DNA from: Holosporaceae bacterium
Lineage (GTDB): Bacteria > Pseudomonadota > Alphaproteobacteria > UBA3830
Direction of reading: 5' to 3'
Assembly (NCBI GenBank): GCA_031262635.1
Contig: JAISHN010000095.1
Location: 1 to 44,241, forward strand
DNA length: 44,241 bases
How positions within the stretch are numbered: position 1 is the first letter of the stretch; each line of letters starts with the position of its first letter. The position numbers and the translations under genes are program-made. This document shows, piece after piece, positions 25,369-33,611 of the stretch. The notes beneath the pieces are model-generated. The model worked only from the letters and a program-made list of their open reading frames with translations, was not told the DNA's origin and ran no database searches.

Positions 25369-26499
25369 ATGAGAATAGGAAGTTATAAAAAACACAAAAC
25401 GCGCGACGAAGAATATTCGTCTTATATCCCTCCGAAACTTCCCGTCGACTTGCGGCTTGAGCCTCTTTACGAACTTATGGAGCGAGCGACTCATAGTCTG
25501 TCAAAACTAGACGGCGCTGCCGAAACGATTCCGAGCGTAAATCTATTTTTGTATATGTACGTTCGAAAAGAAGCGGTTTTATCGTCTCAAATAGAGGGAA
25601 CTCAAAGCTCGTTGAGCGATTTAATATTGTTTGAAAACGATCGAAAGCCGAACGTAGAAATATCCGACGTTAAGGAAGTCTCGCGTTACGTCGACGCTCT
25701 CGATCATGGAATTAATCGACTAAGAAGCGGTTTTCCATTATGTTTGCGGCTGATAAAAGAAACTCACGAGATATTGTTGCGCGATACTCGAGGAAAAGAA
25801 TGTTTGCCGGGCGAGTTTCGCTCGTCGCAAAATTGGATCGGCGGAACGCGTCCGGGAAACGCGGCTTTCGTCCCTCCAGAGCCTGAAATTTTGCCCGATT
25901 ATTTAGACAATCTTGAATTGTATATTCATTCGGAAGGTTCGCCTATATTGATAAAAGCCGCGATCGCTCATTTGCAATTCGAAACGATTCATCCGTTTTT
26001 AGACGGCAACGGACGTATTGGAAGACTGTTGATAATACTGATCTTATGCGACTTTGGATTGTTAAAAAGTCCGCTTTTATATTTAAGCCTTTATTTCAAA
26101 GAAAACAGACGCGTTTATTATTCGCTGATGAACGAAGTTAGAGAAAAGGGGAATTGGGAAGACTGGATACGTTTTTTCTTAAAAGGGGTAATCGAGGTTT
26201 CGGATCAGGCGGTTTCTATAATTTCTCAGATAACGGCGTTATTCGAGGTTTGCGAAGCGAAAATCGCGGAAACGGGACGGCGAAGATTTTCCGCGCGAGC
26301 GGTGTTCGAGTATTTAAAAACGGCTCCTTTCGCTACGGCGACGAGCGTTGCTAACAAATTGAAAATTTCCGTTCCGACGGCTAGATCGGCGTTAAACGCG
26401 CTGGTTGAATTGCAAATCATAGAAGCGGAAGAAGCGGATCAAAGAAGCAAATATTATAAATTTCAAAAATATGTAAATATATTAGACGCGGTCAGATGA
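25369..26499 (+). CDS. Fic family protein (Fic_N + Fido + C-terminal wHTH), class II with an intramolecular inhibitory motif
   Basis: HPFLDGNGRIGRLL (HPFx[D/E]GNGR). N-terminal VLSSQIEGT fits the (S/T)xxxE(G/N) inhibitory helix. The ATG at 25369 is preferred over the TTG at 25330. Confidence 0.85.
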   Translation: MRIGSYKKHKTRDEEYSSYIPPKLPVDLRLEPLYELMERATHSLSKLDGAAETIPSVNLFLYMYVRKEAVLSSQIEGTQSSLSDLILFENDRKPNVEISDVKEVSRYVDALDHGINRLRSGFPLCLRLIKETHEILLRDTRGKECLPGEFRSSQNWIGGTRPGNAAFVPPEPEILPDYLDNLELYIHSEGSPILIKAAIAHLQFETIHPFLDGNGRIGRLLIILILCDFGLLKSPLLYLSLYFKENRRVYYSLMNEVREKGNWEDWIRFFLKGVIEVSDQAVSIISQITALFEVCEAKIAETGRRRFSARAVFEYLKTAPFATATSVANKLKISVPTARSALNALVELQIIEAEEADQRSKYYKFQKYVNILDAVR

Positions 26500-26556
26500 G
26501 ATTATGCTATTTCCGTATATTCGCTCTGTTTATTCCAAGGGGTCGGCGATAGCTCT

Positions 26557-26804
26557 TTCGTCATTGCTGTAGAAGTCAAGTAATTCGCTACATTTTTCTG
26601 GGTATTGTTAATAGAGCTGTAAAGGTGATTTTCTTTAGAGTATATCGAAACATCTAAATAAGATTTTCGCTAAAATTCTATATGTTTTCGCTTGGCGCGT
26701 CTTCGATAAAATCCTTTAGTCGCCATCGCCTAATTCTTCTCGTATTTGATCATTTTTAACCAAAAAAATGTAACGAATTACTTGACTCCTACAGCAATGA
26801 CGAA
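26557..26804. repeat. 248 bp element bounded by 41 bp inverted repeats (MITE-like or invertible segment)
   Basis: 26557-26597 ttcgtcattgctgtagaagtcaagtaattcgctacattttt pairs with the reverse complement of 26764-26804 (39/41 identical). The 166 bp core is non-coding. Confidence 0.8.
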
Positions 26805-27033
26805 CATGGGATCCCAATTACGCCGCGACGGCCGTTGTATTCTCCGTTAAAATCGCTTATTATTATTTTCAATAATTCTTGGATATAAAACTATGTCGGA
26901 ACGCGTCGAAAATACAATAATCTGCAAGAACGATTCCGCGCGTTTGTTTTTCCGATTTATCGGCTAACCGCCGAAATATTCTTTATACAATTCACATTAG
27001 TTTAATCAATCTTTTAAAACAAAATAGAGGCGT

Positions 27034-28227
27034 ATGGCGCAAAAACAAATAGGGGCGATTTTACTTGTCGCCGGAACAAGTATCGGAAGCGGTATGATAG
27101 CTTTGCCGATGGTTCTAGCAAAACTCGGAATTATTCCAAGCGTAATTGTCATGCTTGTCGTTTGGGCGTCGTCGTACAAGTGCTCTTTGGCGAGTTTAGA
27201 ATTAAACCTGCAATCCAAAAAAGGATTGCCTTTGCCCGCGTTGGGAAGAAAATTTTCCGGCCGCAAAGCGGAAGCGATAGGAGCGATCAGTCTGAAAACG
27301 CTGCTGTACTCTCTGCTTGCCGTCTATATATACGGTCTAGCGTCGATCGCGCAAAAATTGGCCGACTTTTATTGGCGCGCGGACGTTTCGGCGCTTTCGC
27401 CGGCGACATACATTGCGTTTGGAACGGCCGCGATTCTACTCTTGCCGATCAAATGGATCGATTATGTAAACAGAATCGCTTTCGCCGGATTGCTAGCGAT
27501 TTTTTTAATGTTGTTATGCGGGATAGTCGCGTCGGTTGACTCGTCGCGTCTGCCGTTGTTCATAAGCGCTTCGCCTTCTTGCGTTTATTCGGTTTTGTCC
27601 GTCGCGTTTACGTCCTTCGGATTTCACGTGATATTTCATACGCTGGCTAATTACTGCGAACTGGACGCAAAAACTCTAAAAAAAGCGTTTTTTTATGGCA
27701 GTTTAATTCCCGCGGCGGTATATATCGCCTGGACTTACGGAGTCCTCGGAGTTTTATACGGAGCGAACGAAACGTTTTACGCGCAGATGAGCGCCGGTCA
27801 AAAAGACGTGGGCGATTTGATCAAAGAGCTTAGTTCCATATCAAGTCTGCCAAATGTGCGACTGCTGGTTTGGCTGCTTTCGATATCGGCGATTTTAACC
27901 TCGATTTTAGGCGTGGGAGCGGCGTTGGCGGATTCTTTGGATTTCATGCTAAAAGATAAAATAACTTCGAAATTCGTAAGAAAAACAACTTGCTCGGCGC
28001 TGGCGGTCGCGCCTTCATACGTCGCCGCGATCGCGATTCCGAACGCTTTTATAAAAATTTTCGGATTCGCCGGAGCGATATTGTCGATCATCGCCATTTT
28101 CATGCCGATTTATCTGTTTTACAAGGCGAATATAAAACGGCTTTATTATAAAGAGCTGTCTAAAAAGTGGCTGACGGCGTTGATCTTACTATTCGGAATC
28201 CTCGTCGCGCTAAGCGAAATTATATGA
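27034..28227 (+). CDS. hydroxy/aromatic amino acid permease (HAAAP family, TyrP/Mtr/TnaB-like)
   Basis: N-terminal IGAILLVAGTSIGSGMIALPMVLAKLG signature, about 11 TM segments, 397 aa. Confidence 0.8.
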   Translation: MAQKQIGAILLVAGTSIGSGMIALPMVLAKLGIIPSVIVMLVVWASSYKCSLASLELNLQSKKGLPLPALGRKFSGRKAEAIGAISLKTLLYSLLAVYIYGLASIAQKLADFYWRADVSALSPATYIAFGTAAILLLPIKWIDYVNRIAFAGLLAIFLMLLCGIVASVDSSRLPLFISASPSCVYSVLSVAFTSFGFHVIFHTLANYCELDAKTLKKAFFYGSLIPAAVYIAWTYGVLGVLYGANETFYAQMSAGQKDVGDLIKELSSISSLPNVRLLVWLLSISAILTSILGVGAALADSLDFMLKDKITSKFVRKTTCSALAVAPSYVAAIAIPNAFIKIFGFAGAILSIIAIFMPIYLFYKANIKRLYYKELSKKWLTALILLFGILVALSEII

Positions 28228-28242
28228 TTTTTTTCACGCCTC

Positions 28243-29367
28243 TCAAGACGCCGGCGGCGGGGTTTCGCTGAAGAGGCCAGGTTTAGGGGTAAAAATGACG
28301 ACTGTGTTGAAGTAAGCGGTATCTACGTTGGATGCGGAAGTTTGACGACCGGAAGAAAGCGGCAACATCCAAAATCCAAACGCTCGATTAGAGGCGACCT
28401 TACTGCACGACGATCCGTCGCCAAATTTATACTGAGGACTATAAATTAAAATAACTTCCACAATAATTTTTACCTGCCCGGGTTTAATAGACAAAGTCGG
28501 ATAAATTTTCGAAGGAACAACATATTGCCCGTTACTTACGGTAGGTCGTTCTCCGCTCATTGATGAACCTGAATAAAGGCTAGAAGGAGTGTTCATAACA
28601 GTTTGGTGATTCCAAGATGATATTCGGAACGGCCATAGCAAGCTGGCAGTTCCGTCGTCATTGCCTCTTACATAATATATCATCAGCTCTGGAAAATGCC
28701 CGAGCGGATGACACCATTTTTGCGAATGAAATAGACCGTTAGACGGATAGAGACTCAAAAACGCCGCACTATATATGTGTTTCAAGTGAGCGACAGTTAT
28801 CGGTTGGCCGCGCGGAGCGTTTTGAAGCATGTTAATAACCTCATGCGCGACGAATTTCATCTTCGCCTGTATCTGATAATACTTTGGGATGTCATGCATG
28901 GCGACGAGGCACATTATCAATATCGGAACGCAGATCGCGAATTCTATCAAGACCGAGCCTCGGGAGTTTACGCGATCGAAGCGATTTCTTCTGTCGCGGG
29001 AAGACGGAGCTGCGCTATAGAAACTGCGCTCGTTTTCTTCATCGCCTTCGCCGTTTCTTCTTCCGTCATCCTTGAGCGAAGCGAAGGATCCAGACGGCGA
29101 TGACGCATGAAAATCGCATGGATCCTTCGTCGGACTTCGTCCTCCTCCAGGATGACGCGCTCCCTCTTCCATTGCGGAAAAGGATCGGCGCGAGAAGGAT
29201 AACGCCGCTACAGAAGCGGAGTCAGATTTTGTATTATTGCAGGCAAGATGATAAGAAAAATCGCTTAATTTACAATGAGATTCCCCCCCCCCCCCATTTG
29301 TCTTGCAGGCGCTAACGGACGACAATCTAACGACGGCGGTTTTGATCAATTTATAATATCGAAACAT
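28243..29367 (-). CDS. TadE-like pseudopilin/pilus-assembly domain protein, paralogue 2 (leader in frame through G13; REP-A inserted in the leader)
   Basis: GAGG sits 6 nt upstream of the ATG at 29367. The ORF reads MFRYYKLIKTAVVRLSSVSACKTNGGGGESHCK..., then SRG|SVLIEFAICVPILIMCLVAM (TadE-like with a G/xxxxEF site at about residue 137). Confidence 0.65.
   Translation of the reverse strand: MFRYYKLIKTAVVRLSSVSACKTNGGGGESHCKLSDFSYHLACNNTKSDSASVAALSFSRRSFSAMEEGARHPGGGRSPTKDPCDFHASSPSGSFASLKDDGRRNGEGDEENERSFYSAAPSSRDRRNRFDRVNSRGSVLIEFAICVPILIMCLVAMHDIPKYYQIQAKMKFVAHEVINMLQNAPRGQPITVAHLKHIYSAAFLSLYPSNGLFHSQKWCHPLGHFPELMIYYVRGNDDGTASLLWPFRISSWNHQTVMNTPSSLYSGSSMSGERPTVSNGQYVVPSKIYPTLSIKPGQVKIIVEVILIYSPQYKFGDGSSCSKVASNRAFGFWMLPLSSGRQTSASNVDTAYFNTVVIFTPKPGLFSETPPPAS
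29064..29157. repeat. REP-A palindromic element, full copy inside TadE-like paralogue 2 (in frame)
   Basis: cgtcatccttgagcgaagcgaaggatcc...atggatccttcgtcggacttcgtcctcctccaggatgacg. Translated on the minus strand as ...RHPGGGRSPTKDPCDFHASSPSGSFASLKDDG... Confidence 0.8.
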
Positions 29368-29455
29368 AACTGCCCTCGCGATAAACTTATCGGTATCGTT
29401 AAATAAAAACGGTTAAAAAAGAGTTAAGAAAACGCATATCGTAAATTAGGGGCGA
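29268..29455. repeat. Duplicated 5' module of the TadE-like genes, copy 2 (SD + ATG at 29367 + 24 codons + G13)
   Basis: See the copy at 22063-22248. Confidence 0.85.
29283..29295 (-). repeat. Homopolymeric tract G13 (C13 on the plus strand)
   Basis: Counted directly: ...gagattCCCCCCCCCCCCCatttg. Consistent with NGGGGE in the track translation. Confidence 0.9.
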
Positions 29456-29643
29456 ATGATTATTCGCCCTTACGCCTTCCTTCCGTCATTCTGAGCGTAG
29501 CGAAGAATCCATATGATGAATAAGCCTAAAAATCGTTTGGATCCTTCGGCCGCAAGCGGCCTCTAGGATGACGGAGAAATAGAACTTTCCGTCCATTATT
29601 CTCTATTAAAAAAACCGTAAGGGCGAATAATCATTCGCCCTTT
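29448..29643. repeat. Nested palindrome: 25 bp perfect inverted repeats, each itself a hairpin, flanking a REP-A copy (29484-29576)
   Basis: gggcgaatgattattcgcccttacg (29450-29474) is the exact reverse complement of cgtaagggcgaataatcattcgccc (29617-29640). On the minus strand the distal hairpin is followed by ttacgg and then seven T, so it may also terminate rplKA. Confidence 0.75.
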
Positions 29644-29712
29644 CTTCAATTGTTGTTTATATATAACGATGAAATTAACGCTACGCCTAATCTATATTTA
29701 GCGCTAAAAGCC

Positions 29713-30411
29713 TTAAAACCCAAACGCTTCGGCGGCGTTTAGCTTCAAGCCTAAGCCCATTGTGCTGGAAATCGTAACGGATTTCAGATACGTTCCCTTT
29801 ACGCTCGCTGGTTTTGCTTTAAGCGTCGCTCCGACGAAGGCTTTTATATTGTCTTCGATTTTTTCGTTCGCGAAGCTTAGTTTGCACAGACCCGCGTGGA
29901 CGATTCCGGCTTTGTCCAATCTATATTCGACTTGACCGGCTTTGGAGTTTTTCACAGCGGCGGCGACGTTGGGAGTAACGGTGCCCAATTTTGGGTTTGG
30001 CATCAATCCCTTAGGCCCTAATATCTTTCCCAGACGGCCGACGACTCCCATCATGTCGGGACTTGCGATGCAAACGTCGAATTCGATCTCGCCGGCGGTA
30101 ATTTTATCCGCCAAATCTTCCGCTCCGACGAAGTCCGCTCCGGCGGCCGTAGCGTCGTCCGCCGCGGCGCCTCTTGCAAATACCGCGACTCTCGCGGATT
30201 TGCCGGTGCCTGAAGGCATCGCGACCATTCCCCTTATATTCTGATCCGCCGAACGAGGATCGACGTTTAGATTAATCGCGACCTCGACCGTTTCGTCGAA
30301 TTTGCAAGACGCGTTTTCTTTTAAAAACGAAACCGCCTCGGAAAGGTTAAAAACTTTGCAAGCCTCCGTTTTGGCGGCCATTTTTTTGTATCTTTTTCCC
30401 CTGCGAGCCAT
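29713..30411 (-). CDS. rplA: 50S ribosomal protein L1
   Basis: 232 aa, canonical L1 sequence (VEVAINLNVDPRSADQNIRG...). TAATG overlap with rplK. Confidence 0.95.
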   Translation of the reverse strand: MARRGKRYKKMAAKTEACKVFNLSEAVSFLKENASCKFDETVEVAINLNVDPRSADQNIRGMVAMPSGTGKSARVAVFARGAAADDATAAGADFVGAEDLADKITAGEIEFDVCIASPDMMGVVGRLGKILGPKGLMPNPKLGTVTPNVAAAVKNSKAGQVEYRLDKAGIVHAGLCKLSFANEKIEDNIKAFVGATLKAKPASVKGTYLKSVTISSTMGLGLKLNAAEAFGF

Positions 30412-30842
30412 TATTGCGTTACCTCCAATCCCATCGAACGAGCCGAACCGATTACCATCATGCTGGCCGCGTCCACATCGTTCGCGTTCAAATCTTTCAT
30501 TTTTTTCTCGGCGATTTCTCTTACCTGAGCCATCGTCACTTTACCAGCGCTAGCTCCTCTGCCGGTAGTCGACGATCCCTTGGCGACTCCCGCCGCTTGT
30601 TTCAGAAAATGCGTAACCGGAGGCAATTTGACGACAAACGAGAAAGTTCTGTCTCCGTAAGCCGTGATAATCACCGGCAGCGGAGTTCCGGCTTCGTAAG
30701 ACTGCGTTTGAGCGTTGAACGCTTTGCAGAATTCCATGATATTTAGGCCTCGCTGACCTAACGCCGGTCCAATCGGAGGCGACGGATTCGCCTTTCCCGC
30801 GGGCACTTGCAGTTTCACGTACCCTACTATTTTTTTTGCCAT
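30411..30842 (-). CDS. rplK: 50S ribosomal protein L11
   Basis: [44 protein letters not shown]. The start is trimmed to the ATG at 30842. Confidence 0.95.
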   Translation of the reverse strand: MAKKIVGYVKLQVPAGKANPSPPIGPALGQRGLNIMEFCKAFNAQTQSYEAGTPLPVIITAYGDRTFSFVVKLPPVTHFLKQAAGVAKGSSTTGRGASAGKVTMAQVREIAEKKMKDLNANDVDAASMMVIGSARSMGLEVTQ

Positions 30843-31007
30843 ATTCCCTCTGAATGCGTATTTAAGCATCGTCTTTTAGCATATATCCCGAATTTCCGCA
30901 ATCGTGTATTAAGATTAAAAATCTTTCTTCTATAACAAACGGGCAATTACGATCTCATAGAAAAGCAAACGTTGCCTCTTCGGCGTTCTTGCAATCCGAA
31001 TAAAAAA

Positions 31008-31868
31008 TCAATAACGCAAGGCGGCGAGTCTTTTTATTAAAGATCCGAATCCCATAGAACTGAAAAAGGCGGCGGCTTTGGCGTAGCTGTAAAATACTTT
31101 TAGATCTTCGCAACATTGGTCGGTTTCAACGTTCCTGTCCAACTCGACTAATTTCAAAGAAAGAAACGCCGCGTCTTTATCCGCGATTAGCTTCTCTTTT
31201 ACCTTTTCCGGTCGAACGGAGTCGATATTTTGATATAAATTGTCTAACGTCTTGAATTCGCCGATCAATTTCGCAGCCGTTTTTGGGCCGATTCCCTTAA
31301 CTCCAGGAATATTATCGGACGCGTCGCCCATTAACGCCTGCAAAAAAATCATCTGAGACGGCAAAACGCCGTATTTTTCAAAAACTTCCTTTTCTTTTAT
31401 AAATTTTGACTTCATCGGATCGAACATTGAAACGTTGTCCGTCACTAGCTGCATTAGATCTTTATCCGACGAAACGATTCTAACTTCGTATCCGCGATCC
31501 GACAATTTTGCGGCGTAGGTCGCGATTATATCGTCGGCTTCGAAGCCTTTTTTGCTGATAGTCGGAATTCCAAAAGCGCCGCATACGTCTTTTAAAAGAG
31601 GCATCTGCATTTTAAGATCCTCGGGAGTCGCGGCGCGGTTCGCTTTATACTCGGAATAGATTTTCGAACGAAAAGTGTCTCTGCCGCAGTCGAAAGCGAC
31701 GCAGAATAAATCCGATTTATGCTTTTCTAACGTTGAAATTAATATTGAGCAAAAACCAAAGATTGCTCCTACGGGACGACCTTCGCGATCTGTTAATTGC
31801 GGCGTAGCGTAGTAGGCTCTATATATAAAGCCGGAGCCGTCTACTAGGACGGCCAGGGGCTTGCTCAT
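31008..31868 (-). CDS. stand-alone 5'-3' exonuclease / flap endonuclease (Pol I N-terminal domain-like)
   Basis: LVDGSGFIYRAYYA, the acidic metal-site residues and the H3TH region (GDASDNIPGVKGIGPKTAAKLI). 286 aa with no polymerase domain. Confidence 0.88.
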   Translation of the reverse strand: MSKPLAVLVDGSGFIYRAYYATPQLTDREGRPVGAIFGFCSILISTLEKHKSDLFCVAFDCGRDTFRSKIYSEYKANRAATPEDLKMQMPLLKDVCGAFGIPTISKKGFEADDIIATYAAKLSDRGYEVRIVSSDKDLMQLVTDNVSMFDPMKSKFIKEKEVFEKYGVLPSQMIFLQALMGDASDNIPGVKGIGPKTAAKLIGEFKTLDNLYQNIDSVRPEKVKEKLIADKDAAFLSLKLVELDRNVETDQCCEDLKVFYSYAKAAAFFSSMGFGSLIKRLAALRY

Positions 31869-32314
31869 TGTAGAGTCTGCTTTTTAGACTCCTGCTGTTG
31901 CTGGTATAGATCGGCAAAATTAACGGGAGCCAAATATAACGGAGGAAATCCGCCTTCGCTGACAATGTTCGCTATAATGCTGCGGGCGAATGGGAACAAT
32001 AGCCTTGGGCATTCTACGTACAGAATAGGCTCGACCATTTCTTTTGCAAATCCCGAGACGACGAATTCGCCTGTGTAATTTAATTCTAATATAAACAGCG
32101 GCTTATCCATTTTTGCGTTGATTTCTATTATCAAAGCGACGTAGTAAGAGTCTTTTTCTTTTTCCTTCTCTTTCACGTCTATTTTGAGCTGCACGTCGAT
32201 TTGCGGCTGCTTGTCCGCGGGAGCCGTTTGCGAAATCGCGTTAGGGCTTTCGAACGATAAGTCTTTTATGTATTGAGCTATTATTCCTAACGTTTGCTTG
32301 TTTTCTTCCGTCAT
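31865..32314 (-). CDS. secB: protein-export chaperone SecB
   Basis: MTEENKQTLGIIAQYIKDLSFESPNA resembles the SecB N-terminus. The ATG at 32314 is preferred to the TTG at 32335. 4 nt overlap with the exonuclease gene. Confidence 0.85.
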   Translation of the reverse strand: MTEENKQTLGIIAQYIKDLSFESPNAISQTAPADKQPQIDVQLKIDVKEKEKEKDSYYVALIIEINAKMDKPLFILELNYTGEFVVSGFAKEMVEPILYVECPRLLFPFARSIIANIVSEGGFPPLYLAPVNFADLYQQQQESKKQTLQ

Positions 32315-32415
32315 TAACTTTCTCTCTAACTTCAATTAGCGAATGATACATAATACGCCGTCCCGCCGCAAGTTTGATTTTCCGCGAGTCGGAAAGAGCG
32401 CGGCGTTTTCGATTT

Positions 32416-33372
32416 TTATGTCTCGACAGTCTGCAAAACTTTCTCCAACTCCTTCATATCGTCCGGCAGATCGCTTTTGAAGCTCATAAGTTCTTGAGAG
32501 CGAGGATGAACAAATTCTAAAAAATAAGCGTGAAGAGCCTGTCTAGGAAAGCCCTTTATATAGTCTGCGATTTCCTTGGGAATGGAGTAATTTTTTGCTT
32601 TGTAGAGCGAATCTCCGATCAGCGAGCATTTTTTGTTCGACATATGAACTCTTATTTGATGCGTGCGGCCGGTTTTTAGTTCGCACTCGACTTTTGACGC
32701 GAATTTTGAAAAAGTTCGCAGCGTTTTATAAATAGTTATCGCATTTTTCCCGCCGTCGGTCGCAACCGCCATTTTTAGCCGGTTTCTCGGATCTCTCGCT
32801 ATCAGAGTTTCGATTTTTCCGCAAAACGGCTGCAAAACGGAATAGCAAAAGCAGACGTATTTTCTCTTTATTGAATGCGTCGCGAATTGCTTAGCCAACT
32901 CGCAGTGAGAAAAATCATTTTTCGCGACGACTAATATTCCGCTGGTGTCTTTATCTATGCGATGGACGATTCCAGGCCGATATTCGTCGCTCCCGCTAGA
33001 TAACGAACGCCCGCAGCGATAAACGAGTCCGTTGACTAGCGTGCGCGAGTAATTTCCCGCGCCAGGGTGAACCGTCACTCCCGCGGGCTTGTCGACAACT
33101 AGCAAATCTTCATCTTCGTATATGACTGAAAACTCCACGTTTTCGTCCGGCGTTAGGTCTGGTTTTTCGATTTTAAAATCGTCTTCGATAAAAATTTCAT
33201 CGTTTGATTTTATAATGTAATTCGCGTCGGTTGTTAGAACTGAATTTACGCCGACGCGGCCTTTGGATATTAAAAGCTGAATCCTACTGCGGGATAATTC
33301 TTTGATTTCTGAGGCTAGGAATTTGTCGAGTCTGGTTTTGGGAGAGTTGTATGGAACGGTTAAGGATTTCAT
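32416..33372 (-). CDS. rluD: RluA/RluD family 23S rRNA pseudouridine synthase
   Basis: S4 domain at the N-terminus (RLDKFL), catalytic HRIDKDTSG, KTGRTHQIRVH. Confidence 0.88.
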   Translation of the reverse strand: MKSLTVPYNSPKTRLDKFLASEIKELSRSRIQLLISKGRVGVNSVLTTDANYIIKSNDEIFIEDDFKIEKPDLTPDENVEFSVIYEDEDLLVVDKPAGVTVHPGAGNYSRTLVNGLVYRCGRSLSSGSDEYRPGIVHRIDKDTSGILVVAKNDFSHCELAKQFATHSIKRKYVCFCYSVLQPFCGKIETLIARDPRNRLKMAVATDGGKNAITIYKTLRTFSKFASKVECELKTGRTHQIRVHMSNKKCSLIGDSLYKAKNYSIPKEIADYIKGFPRQALHAYFLEFVHPRSQELMSFKSDLPDDMKELEKVLQTVET

Positions 33373-33443
33373 TTAGAATAGCGACCTTTTTCATCGTAGA
33401 TCATACGGCAACCTCGTTTTTGTTTTTCTCTCTTCCGAACTGC

Positions 33444-33475
33444 ATGGATCCTTCGCTCCGCTCAGGATGACGGAG
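33444..33475. repeat. REP-A palindromic element, right half only
   Basis: atggatccttcgctccgctcaggatgacggag. Confidence 0.6.
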
Positions 33476-33516
33476 AGGAGAACAATCATTCATCCCTCGC
33501 CGTTTCATGCCCCTAC

Positions 33517-33596
33517 GTTATTGCAAGAAGGGCAAAGCCCGACGCGGCAATCCATCTATGGACTGGCGCGTTTCGTCGCTTCGCTTCTCGCAATAA
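33517..33596. repeat. REP-B palindromic element copy 2 (intergenic, both arms present)
   Basis: gttattgcaagaagggcaaagcccgacgcggcaatcc...cgtttcgtcgcttcgcttctcgcaataa. The terminal arms ttattgcaagaag / cttctcgcaataa are complementary. Confidence 0.75.
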
Positions 33597-33611
33597 ATAG
33601 AAGCGGCTCTA

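Noticed and set aside
20344-33596. Recurrent similar repeats (REP-A and REP-B copies), considered as a possible CRISPR array.
   Set aside because: The copies are dispersed over many kb at irregular spacing, are long palindromes, and have no regular spacer architecture or nearby cas genes.
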